From assembly GCA_963695115.1 (NCBI GenBank), contig CAVOFX010000006.1, forward strand, positions 584 to 64,583: DNA of 64,000 nucleotides, read 5' to 3'. Positions within the stretch are counted from its first letter, which is position 1; every line of letters begins with the position of its first letter. Origin of the DNA: an uncultured Microthrixaceae bacterium. Its GTDB lineage: Bacteria > Actinomycetota > Acidimicrobiia > Acidimicrobiales > CAVOFX01. The notes beneath the pieces were generated by a model. The model saw only the letters and a program-made list of their open reading frames with translations, was not told where the DNA came from and made no database searches. Below are positions 43,356-54,853 of the stretch, piece after piece. The translations under genes were made by a program, and so were the position numbers.

Positions 43356-45413
43356 TCAGCCGACCTCACGGAGCTCCCGCTTGAGGTCCTTGACCTCGTC
43401 GCGGAGGCGGGCGGCGTACTCGAAGCGCAGATCGACCGATGCGTCGTGCATCTCCTCCTCGAGTGTCTGGATCAGGCGCCTCAGCTCGTCCCCGGGGAGA
43501 TCTGCGTAGTCGCGGCGACCGGTCCGGGTACGGGCACCCGGGACAGGCTTCGCGCCCTTCGACTCGGGACGCAGGTGGACGAGGATGTCCGTCACCGCCT
43601 TGCGGATGGTCTGAGGATCGATGCCGTGCTCTCGGTTGTGGGCCTGCTGCAGGCCCCGACGACGGTTCGTCTCGGAGATGGCCCTGCGCATCGAGTCGGT
43701 GACCACATCGGCGTACATGATCACCTGGCCGTCGACGTTGCGTGCGGCACGGCCGATGGTCTGGATGAGGGAGGTCTCGCTCCTGAGGAAGCCCTCCTTG
43801 TCCGCGTCGAGGATCGCGACCAACGACACCTCGGGGAGATCGAGGCCTTCACGAAGGAGGTTGATGCCCACGAGCACGTCGAACTCGCCCAGCCGCAGGT
43901 CCCGGAGGATCTCGATCCGCTGCACGGTGTCGATCTCGCTGTGCAGGTAGCGCACCCGGACCCCGAGCTCCAGGAGGTAGTCGGAGAGATCCTCGGCCAT
44001 CTTCTTGGTGAGGGTGGTGACCAACACCCGTTGGCCCCCTGCAACCCTCGCCTCGATCTGCTCCAGGAGGTCGTCGATCTGACCCTTGGTGGGCTTCACC
44101 ACGACCTCGGGGTCCACCAGTCCGGTCGGCCGGACGATCTGCTCGACGACCTGGGTGGAGTGCTCGAGCTCCCAGGCTCCGGGTGTCGCCGACAGGAACA
44201 CGCACTGGTTGACGCGCTCCACGAGCTCGTCGAAGCGCAACGGGCGGTTGTCGGCCGCCGAAGGGAGCCGGAACCCGTGCTCGATGAGCGTCTCCTTGCG
44301 GCTCCGGTCTCCCTCGTACTGCCCGTGCAGCTGCGGCACCGTGACATGGGACTCGTCTATGACCAACAGGTAGTCGTCCGGGAAGAAGTCGAGGAGGCTG
44401 TGTGCCGGCTCTCCCGGAGACCTGCCCTCGATCGGGGCGCTGTAGTTCTCGATCCCGTTGCAGTACCCGACCTCCTGGAGCATCTCCAAGTCGTACTCCG
44501 TACGCATGCGGAGCCGCTGGGCCTCCAGCAGCCGTCCCTCGGCCTCGAACTGCGTGAGACGCTCGCGCAGCTCCTCCTCGATCCGCCCGACAGCCGCCTG
44601 CATCCGCTCCTCACCCGCCACGTAGTGGGTGGCAGGGAACACCACCAGCTGGTCGAGGGTGTCGAGGCGCTCGCCGGTCAGCGGGTCCACCACCAGGATC
44701 TGCTCCACCTCGTCGCCGAACAGCTGCACCCGGACCGCTGTCTGCTCGTACGCGGGATGGATCTCGATCGTGTCGCCCTTGACCCTGAACCTCCCCCTCA
44801 GGAGGCTCTGGTCGTTGCGCTCGTACTGCATGTCGACGAGGCGACGGAGGATCGCCCTCTGGTCCTGCTCCTCACCGGAGCGCAGGACCAGGATCTGCTT
44901 CCTGTACTCCTCAGGGCTGCCGATCCCGTAGATGCACGACACCGAAGCGACGACGATCACGTCACGCCTGGTCAGGAGAGCTGCCGTCGTCGAGTGGCGC
45001 AGCCGGTCGATCTCGTCGTTGATGCTCGAGTCCTTCTCGATGTAGGTGTCGCTCGACGGGAGGTAGGCCTCCGGCTGGTAGTAGTCGTAGTAGGAGACGA
45101 AGTACTCGACAGCGTTGGACGGGAATAGCTCCCGGAACTCGTTGGCCAGCTGCGCTGCGAGCGACTTGTTCGGCGCGATCACCAGCGTCGGTCGCTGGAC
45201 GCGTTCGACCGTCCAGGCGATGGTGGCGCTCTTGCCGCTCCCGGTGATCCCCAGGAGCGTCTGCCACCGGTCTCCTCGGTCCAGCCCTGCGACGAGCTCC
45301 TCGATCGCACGGGGTTGGTCTCCGGCCGGCGCGAAGTCCGAGACCAGTCTGAAGTCGGGCACCGGGCCAGCGTACCGACGGGCGGTGTCAGCCTCGATCG
45401 GATCCGGCACCAT
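43356..45413 (-). CDS. uvrB: Excinuclease ABC subunit B
   Basis: [23 protein letters not shown] and a C-terminal UVR motif. Intact 685-aa ORF. Confidence 0.95.
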   Translation of the reverse strand: MVPDPIEADTARRYAGPVPDFRLVSDFAPAGDQPRAIEELVAGLDRGDRWQTLLGITGSGKSATIAWTVERVQRPTLVIAPNKSLAAQLANEFRELFPSNAVEYFVSYYDYYQPEAYLPSSDTYIEKDSSINDEIDRLRHSTTAALLTRRDVIVVASVSCIYGIGSPEEYRKQILVLRSGEEQDQRAILRRLVDMQYERNDQSLLRGRFRVKGDTIEIHPAYEQTAVRVQLFGDEVEQILVVDPLTGERLDTLDQLVVFPATHYVAGEERMQAAVGRIEEELRERLTQFEAEGRLLEAQRLRMRTEYDLEMLQEVGYCNGIENYSAPIEGRSPGEPAHSLLDFFPDDYLLVIDESHVTVPQLHGQYEGDRSRKETLIEHGFRLPSAADNRPLRFDELVERVNQCVFLSATPGAWELEHSTQVVEQIVRPTGLVDPEVVVKPTKGQIDDLLEQIEARVAGGQRVLVTTLTKKMAEDLSDYLLELGVRVRYLHSEIDTVQRIEILRDLRLGEFDVLVGINLLREGLDLPEVSLVAILDADKEGFLRSETSLIQTIGRAARNVDGQVIMYADVVTDSMRRAISETNRRRGLQQAHNREHGIDPQTIRKAVTDILVHLRPESKGAKPVPGARTRTGRRDYADLPGDELRRLIQTLEEEMHDASVDLRFEYAARLRDEVKDLKRELREVG

Positions 45414-45467
45414 CGGGCGGTCCTGCTCCCGCGCGCAGAGGCTCCTGCTCAGGGACCCGGGGCCGGC

Positions 45468-46064
45468 TCACAGGAGGGACCGGATCCACTCCCAGCAGCG
45501 CTCCACCTCCCGATCCAGGTCCCCGAGCGATCCGTCGTTCGCCACGACGAAGTCGGCCCGCTCCAGTCGCTCCTGGCGGCTGGCCTGGTTCGCCATGCGG
45601 GCGCGGGCGTCCTCCGCTCGGAACCCACGATGATCGACGAGGCGCTGGAGGGACACCTCGGGCGGGGAATCGACCACGATGATCCCCTCGAGGTCCCCCA
45701 GGCCATCTCCCTCCACCAGCAGAGGGATGTCGAGGACCACGATCTCCTCCGTCCCGGCCGACTCGGCCATCTGCTCGGCGATCACCCTCGCCACCTCCGG
45801 GTGCACGATCGCCTCGAGATCGCGTCTGGCCAGGGGGTCGGAGAAGACCAGATCAGCCACGGCCTGCCTGTCGAGGGTCCCGTCCGGGCCCACGATGCCG
45901 GGCCCGAATCGGTCGACCATGGCCTGGAAGACGGCCTCGCCCGGCTCCTGCAGCTGGCGGGTGATCCGGTCCGCATCGATGATCCGTGCCCCGCGGGTCT
46001 CGAGCCGCTCGGCGACACTCGACTTCCCCGACCCGATCCCCCCGGTCAAGCCGACGACGAGCAT
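45468..46064 (-). CDS. coaE: Dephospho-CoA kinase
   Basis: MLVVGLTGGIGSGKSSVAE...IIDADRI. Confidence 0.9.
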   Translation of the reverse strand: MLVVGLTGGIGSGKSSVAERLETRGARIIDADRITRQLQEPGEAVFQAMVDRFGPGIVGPDGTLDRQAVADLVFSDPLARRDLEAIVHPEVARVIAEQMAESAGTEEIVVLDIPLLVEGDGLGDLEGIIVVDSPPEVSLQRLVDHRGFRAEDARARMANQASRQERLERADFVVANDGSLGDLDREVERCWEWIRSLL

Positions 46065-46224
46065 GCCGGGAAACCTAGCCGCGGCAGCATCGGCAGCTCG
46101 GTGTCCCACACCCCCCGCCCCGATCGGGCCTTCTTCCCCGTGGCCGGCCTCCGTCGTCCGGGGCGCCGCGCCCGTGAAGAACGCCTACAATGTGGTGCCC
46201 CGCCGACAAGAGGAAGGACGCAGG

Positions 46225-46869
46225 GTGAGCATCCGACTCATGCTGGCAGACGACCACCGCATGCTGCGGGAAGGGCTGCGGCGCTCGATGGTCGACCAGG
46301 GCTTCGACGTCGTGGGAGAGGCACGCGACGGCGAGGAGGCGGTGAGGATGGCCACCGAGCTCGACCCCGACGTCATCCTCATGGACGTGACCATGCCTCA
46401 GCTGGACGGGGTGGAGGCATGCCGCCAGATCCGGGCGGAACGACCCGACGTGACGATCGTGATGCTCACGATGCACGCCGACCAGGACGTCCTCGCATCG
46501 GCGATCAGGGCCGGGGCGAGCGGATACCTGGTCAAGGACTGCTCGACCGAGGAGATCGCCTCGGCGGTCCGGATGGCCGCCTCCGGGGAGACGGTGCTCT
46601 CACCCCAGCTGGCGGCCTCAATGCTGAACGAGGTCCGCAAGCTCGACGAGCCCTCCACCGAGGAGAACCGGGTCATCACCAAGCGGGAGGAGGAGGTCCT
46701 CCAGCGGATCGCCGACGGCTGCTCCACGACGGAGGTGGCCGAGCAGCTCTTCATCAGCCAGAAGACGGTGAAGAACCATCTGGCGTCCATATACCAGAAG
46801 CTCGACGCCCGCGACCGGACCCAGGCGGTCCTGCAGGCCGTCAGGATGGGCATCGTCCACCTGGATTGA
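46225..46869 (+). CDS. NarL/LuxR-family two-component response regulator
   Basis: Receiver domain (LMLADDH...ILMDVTMPQLDG...K) plus a LuxR HTH (TKREEEVLQRIADGCSTTEVAEQLFISQKTVKNHLASIYQKL). GTG start with aggaagga upstream. Confidence 0.9.
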   Translation: MSIRLMLADDHRMLREGLRRSMVDQGFDVVGEARDGEEAVRMATELDPDVILMDVTMPQLDGVEACRQIRAERPDVTIVMLTMHADQDVLASAIRAGASGYLVKDCSTEEIASAVRMAASGETVLSPQLAASMLNEVRKLDEPSTEENRVITKREEEVLQRIADGCSTTEVAEQLFISQKTVKNHLASIYQKLDARDRTQAVLQAVRMGIVHLD

Positions 46870-47031
46870 CCACTCCCCGCGCGCATCCCATCCCTGACAT
46901 GCGCCGAGACGCCGTGAATTTGGGCCGGAATCCCTATTAAAGTGTGGAGCGCTCCGAGACGATACTCACGGAGAGCACAAGGACCAGGGGTTCGTGTCCG
47001 CGAACCCCGTCAATACAAGGGAGAACACCCA

Positions 47032-47226
47032 ATGACCACCTACCAGTTCCTGAGCGCTTGGCTGGAGAGCAAGGTCGACAGCGAGCGTGGCGCTTCGCTC
47101 GTCGAGTACGCCCTCCTGGTGGCCCTCATCGCCGTCGTGTGCATCATCGCGATCACCTTCCTCGGCGGCTCGGCCTCCTCGAAGTTCAGCACCGTCGGAA
47201 GCGCAGTCGGCGGCGCAGGCAGCTGA
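47032..47226 (+). CDS. flp: Flp-family type IVb pilin
   Basis: The 64-aa product has the Flp processing motif G/ASLVEYALLVALIAVV. Confidence 0.85.
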   Translation: MTTYQFLSAWLESKVDSERGASLVEYALLVALIAVVCIIAITFLGGSASSKFSTVGSAVGGAGS

Positions 47227-47294
47227 CCGAGGCAGCGCCCCGAGAGATCCGCAACCGAAGGGTCTCAATCGGGTCGTCGGTTGCATAGACGATC

Positions 47295-47330
47295 GATCGA
47301 GGGGGCGACAGCAGTGTCGCCCCCTCGATC
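47295..47330 (+). terminator. Perfect 16-bp stem hairpin after flp-1
   Basis: gatcgagggggcgaca gcag tgtcgccccctcgatc, followed by cgtttcgggg. Confidence 0.6.
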
Positions 47331-47363
47331 CGTTTCGGGGCGCCGAACAGAAGGGCGCTGATC

Positions 47364-47588
47364 ATGCAGCAAGTTGCATCCCTCGCGCGGCGAGGATGTG
47401 CAGCCCTGCTGGATCGGACCAAGCGCCTCGGTGAGGCGGGAGCCGGCCTAGTCGAGTACGTGCTTCTGATATCGCTCATCGTTCTTGTCGCCCTCGTCGC
47501 CGTCACGTACTTCGGCGACGAGACCTGCGAGAAGTTCGAGGGCATACCGGAGAGCGCCTTCGACGCTGCACCGCCCGACAACTGCTGA
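47364..47588 (+). CDS. flp: Second Flp-family pilin (C-terminal tail with two Cys)
   Basis: G/AGLVEYVLLISLIVLVALVAV motif. The tail is ETCEKFEGIPESAFDAAPPDNC. Confidence 0.8.
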   Translation: MQQVASLARRGCAALLDRTKRLGEAGAGLVEYVLLISLIVLVALVAVTYFGDETCEKFEGIPESAFDAAPPDNC

Positions 47589-47627
47589 GTGCGCCTGGCA
47601 CCGTCCAGGGTTCGCACGAGTCACACA

Positions 47628-47659
47628 GAGAGAGCCGGGCCCCCGGGTCCGGCTCTCTC
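47628..47659 (+). terminator. 11-bp stem hairpin after flp-2
   Basis: gagagagccgg ... ccggctctctc. No clear T-tract follows. Confidence 0.4.
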
Positions 47660-47703
47660 GCGTCATGGCCACCCGGGGCCGGAACCCGTGGATTGCCCGC
47701 AAC

Positions 47704-47791
47704 CCCACGGCCCACGGCCCACGGCCCACGGCCCACGGAAGAGGATGCCTAGCGGCGCAGGAAGAGGATGCCTAGCGGCGCAGGAAGAGGG
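47704..47791. repeat. Tandem repeats: (CCCACGG)x5, then a 23-bp unit x2.3 that duplicates the 3' end and stop of the adjacent gene
   Basis: Heptamers at 47704-47738. aagaggatgcctagcggcgcagg occurs at 47739-47761 and 47762-47784, with a partial third copy. Confidence 0.9.
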
Positions 47792-49124
47792 CCCAGTCCT
47801 CGTCGCTGTAGGCCAAGCGCCACGCTGGGGACTGCACCAGCACACCCACGATCGGCTCACCCTGGCTCCAGAGCACCGCTTCGGCATCGTGCCGCGCCAG
47901 GATCCGCTCCCAGTCCCCGCCGGCGATCACGAGCTCCTTGTAGTCCTCGATCACGGAGTCGGGGTACATGTCGTAGCGGTCATCGATGAAGACGTTCGCC
48001 TCGGTCCCGTAGATCCCTTCCAGGAGGTTCCCGGCGAGGTCCTCGGTCACCAACCGCTTCTCCGGTCCGTCCAGTCCCTCCACTGCCCGCCACCCGAGGG
48101 CCGTACCGGGGTATCCACCGAGATCGACGACATCCTCGCTCGTCACCGCAGTCACGGCCACAGCGGCCGCGAGGACGCCGATCACCGCTGCCGCCGCCAT
48201 CATGGCCCTCGAACGGGCCGTCCCCGCGATGCTCCCGACCCCTGCCAGCCCAGGGCTCGTCGCCGGGAGGAAGACGATGCTGGCGACCGCGAGGTTGCGT
48301 GCCGAGATCAGGCCCATGACAGCGAAGAGGATCACCGGCAGAGCGCTCCGCCAGGCCGGTCGCCTGACGAGAACCGCGATCGCCAGCGCCAGCTGGAGGA
48401 GGAACAGCCTCGTCCATGCCTCGCCGAAGTCCGGGGACTGCCACTCCACGATCGAGCTCAGCACGTCCGATCGACCGAGCAGCTCGAACGGGAACAGGAA
48501 GACCTGGATCCCGAGCGGACCGATCGCGCCCAGAACGGTCCCGAGCCCTGCCCAGAGGAGCGTCCTGCGCTCCCGGTCGGCAGCTCCACCGTCGAGTCGC
48601 GACCCGACGAGGAGGGCGCCGCACGCGAGCAGACCCAGAGGGTAGGAGCCGTGGGAGTTCGTCCAGATCCAGAACACCGGAACCATCCACCGCGGGTCGA
48701 GTCGGCCCTCGCACGCCATCAGGGCCAGCGTCAGCCCCACCAGGCCCACGAGCAGCGGTCGCTCCACCCACATGACCGTCCCGACTCCCATGGCGAGCGC
48801 GGCCAGCCCGGTCCTCGGGATGAGCGACCCGGCGGGCCGGGTGAGCGCCCACACGAGCCCTCCGAGCGCGGCCGTGAGCCCGATCACCACGACATGGATC
48901 GCCGCCGAACCCCAGATCTGCTCGACCCCGGCGAAGAGCGTCGACACGAGCCAGCTCTGTATGACCCAATGCTCCCCCCTTGCGGTGAAGGAGTACGGAT
49001 CTGCCCGGACGAAGCCTTCCTCGAGCAGCAGCCGACCGGTTGCGAGGTGGGTGAAGAAGCTGTTGTCGTTGAACGGCGCCGCACCTATACGTGCACCCCA
49101 GAGCACGAATCCGGCACCGATCAC
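47772..49124 (-). CDS. Polytopic membrane protein of unknown function with a soluble C-terminal domain
   Basis: 450-aa ORF with more than 10 hydrophobic segments. It lies between the flp genes and tadC. Confidence 0.5.
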   Translation of the reverse strand: MIGAGFVLWGARIGAAPFNDNSFFTHLATGRLLLEEGFVRADPYSFTARGEHWVIQSWLVSTLFAGVEQIWGSAAIHVVVIGLTAALGGLVWALTRPAGSLIPRTGLAALAMGVGTVMWVERPLLVGLVGLTLALMACEGRLDPRWMVPVFWIWTNSHGSYPLGLLACGALLVGSRLDGGAADRERRTLLWAGLGTVLGAIGPLGIQVFLFPFELLGRSDVLSSIVEWQSPDFGEAWTRLFLLQLALAIAVLVRRPAWRSALPVILFAVMGLISARNLAVASIVFLPATSPGLAGVGSIAGTARSRAMMAAAAVIGVLAAAVAVTAVTSEDVVDLGGYPGTALGWRAVEGLDGPEKRLVTEDLAGNLLEGIYGTEANVFIDDRYDMYPDSVIEDYKELVIAGGDWERILARHDAEAVLWSQGEPIVGVLVQSPAWRLAYSDEDWALFLRR

Positions 49125-49219
49125 CGTGGAGAGCGAGCTCCCCTTCAGCAGCGCCTGCCTGCTACCGCCATTACCTCCCGCCTCGCCGGTGGTCTCTGGT
49201 GCTCGTGAGCCGGTCCGGC

Positions 49220-50146
49220 TCAGAAGGACTCCCGGATGTTGATGATCGCGGGTCCGATGACGACCACGAACAGAGCGGGGAAGATGCAGAACACCATGGG
49301 GATCAGCATCTTCACAGGCGCCTGCTGGGCGCGCTCCTGGGCGAGCTGGCGGCGCTTGATCCGCATCTCCTCGGCCTGAGCCCTGAGGACACGGCCGATG
49401 GACACGCCGAAGGTGTCAGCCTGGAGGATCGCAAGGACGAACGAGCGGATCTCCGGGACGTTGGTTCGCTGCTCGAGAGCCCGCATCGCATCAGCGCGGG
49501 TGGCACCGGCACGCACCTCACCCAGCATCCGTGCGAACTCCTCGGAGAGCGACCCGGGGACGGCGGCGATCGTGCGATCCAGGGCCTGCTCGAATCCCAG
49601 ACCCGCCTCCACGCTGATCGTGAGCAGATCCAGGACGTCCGGGAGCTGGCGGCGCATCTCGCTCATCCGTGCGTCCACACGACGGTTCAGCGACGCGTCA
49701 GGGCCGATCACGAGCAGGACGGACAGCAGGGCGAAGACAGCCAGCTGGAGCATCCCCTCGAGGTTCGCGGGATTCCAGATGTACGCGAACCAGAAGGCGG
49801 CCGGGATGAAGACCACCGTGATCACACGTACAGCGAGGAACCGGTCGACCGACTCCGCCGATCCCTCCCCGGCATAGATGAACTTCTGACGGACGTTGTC
49901 CACGTATCCCACCGGAGTGAACCGGCGACCCAGGTTGGTGAGACCGCCGAGCACCGGGACCAGTGCCCGGTCGCGCAGAGGAGTCAGCAGCTCCTGGTCC
50001 CTGACGTTCTCGACCTCGTAGCCCTCGAGCTGCCGCAGCGAGTCCCGGACCGACCGCTGGTCCTCGGCCTGGCTGACGAGCGTGAAGATCCCGAGGGCGA
50101 TCGCACCGCCCAGGCCCAGCAGACCGAACAGAAGAGCAGGTTCCAT
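49220..50146 (-). CDS. tadC: Tad pilus inner-membrane platform protein TadC (T2SS-F family)
   Basis: LPDVLDLLTISVEAGLGFEQAL and a C-terminal TM pair. Intact 308-aa ORF. Confidence 0.85.
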   Translation of the reverse strand: MEPALLFGLLGLGGAIALGIFTLVSQAEDQRSVRDSLRQLEGYEVENVRDQELLTPLRDRALVPVLGGLTNLGRRFTPVGYVDNVRQKFIYAGEGSAESVDRFLAVRVITVVFIPAAFWFAYIWNPANLEGMLQLAVFALLSVLLVIGPDASLNRRVDARMSEMRRQLPDVLDLLTISVEAGLGFEQALDRTIAAVPGSLSEEFARMLGEVRAGATRADAMRALEQRTNVPEIRSFVLAILQADTFGVSIGRVLRAQAEEMRIKRRQLAQERAQQAPVKMLIPMVFCIFPALFVVVIGPAIINIRESF

Positions 50147-50150
50147 TTAC

Positions 50151-52135
50151 TCAGACCTCTATGTTGATGATCTGCTTCATCCAGGCGAAGCCGATCAGCA
50201 TCGACACTATGGCCAAGCCGAGGAGGACGTTGCCCATGGTGGTGTCGAAGAGCTTCCCCATGTAGTCCGGGTTGATCACGAACATCGCCACACCCAGACC
50301 GATCGGAAGAAGCCCGAGGATGATCGCGCTCATCCGACCCTCTGCCGTCAGCGACTTCACCTCTCGACGGAGTCGCTCCCTCTGCACCATGGTCTCCGCG
50401 ACGGTGAGCAGCAGCTCGGAGAGGTTGCCGCCCACCTCCCTCTGGATGGCTATGGCCATCACGGCCCAGGCGAAGTCCGGGCTCGTCATCCGCTCCGCCA
50501 CCCCTTCGAGGGCCTGCTCCAGGGGCCGCCCGAGTCGTGACTCGGTGACCACCCGACGCAGCTCCTTGCCCATGGGGTCCGACACCTCCTGGGAGACCGC
50601 CTCGACTCCCTGCATGAGCGAGTAGCCCGCACGGAGCGTGCCGGAGAGCAGCTGGAGCATGTCCGGGAGAAGCTGCTCGAACTTCCTCCGCCGCTGGCCT
50701 GCCATGAAGCTGACCACGGCTGGCGGCAGCAGCGCCAGGACGAGGACGACCACCAGGGCGCCCATCGGTGGGAGCACCACCAGGCCCAGGATCGCTGCAA
50801 CAGCGATGATCCCCAGGTAGATGACGAGAGCCTCCCCGGCTCGCAGCGGGAGGTCGGCGCGCTCGAGCGCCGCCTCCGTGCGGCTGAGGTAGCCCTGGCG
50901 CTGCGCGAAGTCCTCTGTGGCCTCGACCGCCCGCTTCACCAAGGCCATCCGGGCGAGCGCCGAGCCCTCCTCGTCCTCGTCCTCTCCGAACTCCTCGCTG
51001 GCCTGGAAGCCCTCGCTGTAGGGCTGCAGAACGTTCGAGAGGGCGCTGTCGTCCCTCGTGAAGATCACCGCCAGCGCGTAGATGCCCATCGCCACGGCCA
51101 CCAGCACGAGGATCACACCCATGATCTGGCCGATGTCGTTCTGCAGGAACGAGAGATCCAGCAGGCCGTGGCTGACCTCCTGAGGTGGCCGCAACGCCGG
51201 TGCCCCCTGCTGGTACTGACCCGTCACGTACGAGAACTCGACCTGCTCCTCACCGATCGTGAGCGTGGTGGAGACGAGCTCCGCGTCGCCCTCCGACGTC
51301 GACACCTCCGAGACGAACGGGATCAGGTACTGGTCGTTGACCTGCCAGCTCTGGTAGGTGCCCAGCGCGTCCGCGAGATCCTCCGGCGACCCGAAGGCCT
51401 CGAAGCTCCCTCCCACCTCCCCGACGAGCTCCTCCCACGGCGCCGGATCGAGACCGCCGAAGCCGGCGACGAAGACGCTCGCCCCGATGCTCGCCAGATC
51501 CCCGAGCGCGGCTTCCCTCTCGCTCTCGTCGATGACGTTCACACCGGCCGTGACGACCACGATGTTCGGCTGCCGACCCTCCGCGTTCCTCAGGAGATCC
51601 ACCGCCGACCGGATCCCGGTGTAGACCGCCGCCCCACCGTTGTCGGAAGGACCCAGCTGCTCTGCCGCGTTCTGAGCCGCGACGATGAGCTGGTCATGGT
51701 GGTCAAGGCCTGGGCGCTGTCCCCCGCAGAGACGATCGCCATCTGCTGGTGACCCGCCAGAGCGGAGGCCAGCCCCGCGAGCCGTTCGCGGACTGCGACG
51801 AGAGCACCCTCGTCGGCCATCGTCGCCCCCGCGTCGACCACCACGACCGTGCCGATCTCCTCACCGGCGTCGGGAAGAGCGACCGCGTCACCGACCGAGA
51901 GCTGCTGGCCGCGCTGCGTCAGCTCGAGAGAGCCCAGATCCTCGCCGCCGTACATCAGCGTGAGCTCCTGGGTCTCCGGATCGGTGGCATCGACGGCCCG
52001 CACCATCAACGGGGCCGGCGTCAGCTCCTCCTCGCCTCCACCCTCCTGACCACCGGCGGTCACCGGAGCGAGGACGAGCGACAGCAGGACGCCGAGCAGC
52101 GCCCCGGCGGCGACCCGGCGGAGTCGCGGCGTCAC
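50151..52135 (-). CDS. tadB: Signal peptide + vWA-like domain fused to TadB (T2SS-F family); one frameshift (~51705)
   Basis: ORF 51590-52135 has a signal peptide and VVVVDAGATM...QMAIVSAGDSAQAL. It continues in another frame as LDHHDQLIVAAQNAAEQLGPSDNGGAAVYTGIRSAVDLLRNAEGRQPNIVVVTAGVN. The TadB part follows: LPDMLQLLSGTLRAGYSLMQGVE. Confidence 0.75.
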
Positions 52136-53498
52136 TGAGAACCCACCGCCTTCCGAGCGAACGCCTCCGGTGCGAACACCTCCTGCCCGAGGCGGATGCC
52201 GAGATCCGCCAGCTTCTCCGCGAACTTCGGCCGTACCCCCGTGGCCTTCAGGTGGCCCTTGAACCGCCCGTGCTCGTCCACCCCCATCCCGAAGTCGAAG
52301 AGGAAGACGTCCTGGAGGGTGATGACGTCGCCCTCCATCCCCTGCACCTCGGTGATGTGGGTGATCCTCCGCGTGCCGTCACGGAGGCGGCTCAGGTGGA
52401 CGATCCCGTCGATCGCAGAGGCCATCTGCTCACGGATGGCTCGCACCGGCAGGTCGTACCCCGCCATCAGGACCATGGTCTCGATGCGTGAGAGCGTGTC
52501 ACGGGGGCTGTTCGAGTGGATCGTGGTCAACGAGCCGTCGTGACCCGTGTTCATGGCCTGGAGCATGTCGAGTGCCTCGCCCGAACGGCACTCGCCGACG
52601 ACGATGCGGTCGGGTCGCATCCGCAGCGAGTTCTTCACGAGGTCCCGAATCGTGATCTCCCCTCGACCCTCGATGTTGGGCGGGCGCGACTCCATGGCGA
52701 GGACGTGGTCCTGGTGGAGCTGCAGCTCCTTCGCGTCCTCGACCGTCACGACCCGCTCGTCGCCTGGGATGAATGACGAGAGGACGTTGAGCGTCGTGGT
52801 CTTCCCGGTCCCTGTGCCCCCCGAGACGATGACGTTCAGCTTCCCCACGATGCATGCCTGCAAGAAGCGTGCCGAGTGGGCGTTGAGCGTCCCGAACCGG
52901 ATCAGGTCGTCCACCTGCAGCGGGTCCTTCGAGAACTTCCTGATCGTGAGGAAAGGGCCCTCGATGGCGACCGGCGAGATGACGGCGTTGACCCTTGAGC
53001 CATCGGGGAGGCGCGCATCGCAGAGCGGCGTGGACTCGTCGATCCGCCGTCCGATCTCCCCGACGATCTTGTCGATGATCCGACGGAGGTGGGTCTCGTC
53101 GACGAAGGTGATGTCGGACTTCTCGAGCCGTCCGCTGCGCTCCACGTACACAGCGGCCGGACCGTTCACCATCACCTCGGTGACCTCCTCGTCATGAATC
53201 AGCTTGTCGATCGGGCCATAGCCGAGGATGTCGTCCGAGACGTCCTGTATGAGCTGAGCCTTGTCAGCGGCCGAGAAGGGGCGCGCTCCTGCGCGAGTGC
53301 CTGGTGGAGCTGGTCGTGGACACGCCTGCGGAGGTCCTCCTCGGAGAGCCTCTTGTCGTAGAGGATCGGTCCCAGCTCTTCGATGAGGTGGTGATGGATC
53401 TTCTGGCGAAGCTCGTCGAGCACCGGGTCGCGACGCTTGGCCGTCGTCGGGACGTTCGGTGCTTGCTGGACGTCATGCAGGCGCTTGTACAGCGACAC
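52132..53498 (-). CDS. tadA: Tad pilus ATPase TadA/CpaF; one frameshift in a C4 run (~53275)
   Basis: Walker A VSGGTGTGKTT, Walker B/Asp box IVVGECR, and His box. The N-terminal domain (VSLYKRLHDV...ALAQERAP) is in ORF 53199-53498. One extra C would restore ERAPFSAADKAQLIQDV. Confidence 0.85.
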
Positions 53499-53643
53499 GG
53501 CTGGTTCTCCTCACTCCTTCGACCGGATCGATGCCGGTTGATCGCGACCGGAGACCGGCAGGACACTGCCCCCGCGCGCTCCTGGGCAAGCGCCCCGAAG
53601 CCGATCGTCGATCGAAGCTCTCCCCACGAGGCTCATGGTACGC

Positions 53644-54853
53644 CTATCGGCGCTTCTTCTTCGTGGCTGCACCGGTGAACAGATCCGCCAACTGCTCCAG
53701 CGACCGCGCGACGTTCGACTTCGGAGCGCTCAGCACCACGGGTGCACCCTTGTTCACAGCTTGCGGGACAACCACATCCGACGGGATCAGGGCATCGGCC
53801 TGGACCTGCAGGGTTCGTTCGACCTCGCCCACGTCCAGCTTCACCTTGGAGTTGGCGCGGTTGAGGATCAGCCTCAGCTTCTCCATCGGTGTGTTGAGCA
53901 GTCGCAGGGTCTGGAGCCCGATCTTCACGTTCTTGATGTTCGGGATGTCCATGCCCGCGACGAGCAGGACGTCATCGCTCACCTCGATCAGCCCGAGCAC
54001 GACGTCGTTGAAGTAGGCCGGCGTGTCGATCACCACGTACTCGCAGAAGGTCCGGAGCACCTCGACGATGCGGACCATCTCCGCAGCGCCGATCTGGTCG
54101 GCGAAGGCCGGCTCCAGGGGTGCGGGAAGGACCAGCAGTCCAGAGGGCTCGTGCTCGACCAGAAGGCTCTGCAGCAACGCGGAGTCGAGGCGGTCGAGTG
54201 CGCCGACCGCGTCGACGATCGTGTGCTGTGGCGACAGCTTCAGCATCACGGCGATGTCCCCGAACTGGAGATCCGCGTCGATCAGCACCACCGGCCTGTC
54301 GCTCCGTTGAGCGAGCAGCACGGCGAGGTTCGAGGAGATGACCGACTTGCCGGCCCCGCCCTTGGTGGAGAAGACGGTGATTATCCTCCCGGCCTCACCC
54401 AACTCCTCGAAGCCCTCACCGCCGGGCACCGCAACTGCCGTGGGGGCGGCCGGTGTCAGCGTCTCCGCGACCCTGCTCACGGTCTCGTGGAACTGCCCGG
54501 TGTCGACGGGAGCGGCCAGCACGTCCTTCACCCCGGCGCGGCAGCGCCTGCTGGAGGAGATCCATCGACAGGTCGGTCGTCACCAGGATGGCGCCCAGCT
54601 CGCGATGCTGGGCCAAGAGCTTCTCCACCACCCCCAGTGCGTCGAGGTCCTGGTACGTGGGTCCCAGGACCACGACCACCGGAGACCCGGTGAGCTGAGC
54701 AGCCAGGTCTTCCACCGAGGCGAACGGTGTGGCGCCCTGACCGAGCTGCATCGCCAGGCGGCTCCGGGTGGTCTGGTCGGCGTCGACGACGACGACAGCC
54801 GCGTCGGGAGAGGCTCCTCCCGACACGGACCCGCCCGGATGAGCCGACGTCAT
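53644..54853 (-). CDS. tadZ: TadZ/CpaE-type ParA/MinD-like ATPase with N-terminal receiver-like domain; one frameshift (~54535)
   Basis: Deviant Walker A FSTKGGAGKS. The N-terminal part (AAVVVVDADQTT...VVVLGP) is in ORF 54416-54880. The junction LLQQAL-RAGVKDVL is restored by removing one C. The ATG at 54853 overlaps the cpaB stop. Confidence 0.8.

Noticed and set aside
42939-45128. 729-aa plus-strand ORF
   Set aside because: It is antisense to uvrB and the membrane protein gene. It is a low-complexity, high-GC shadow ORF.
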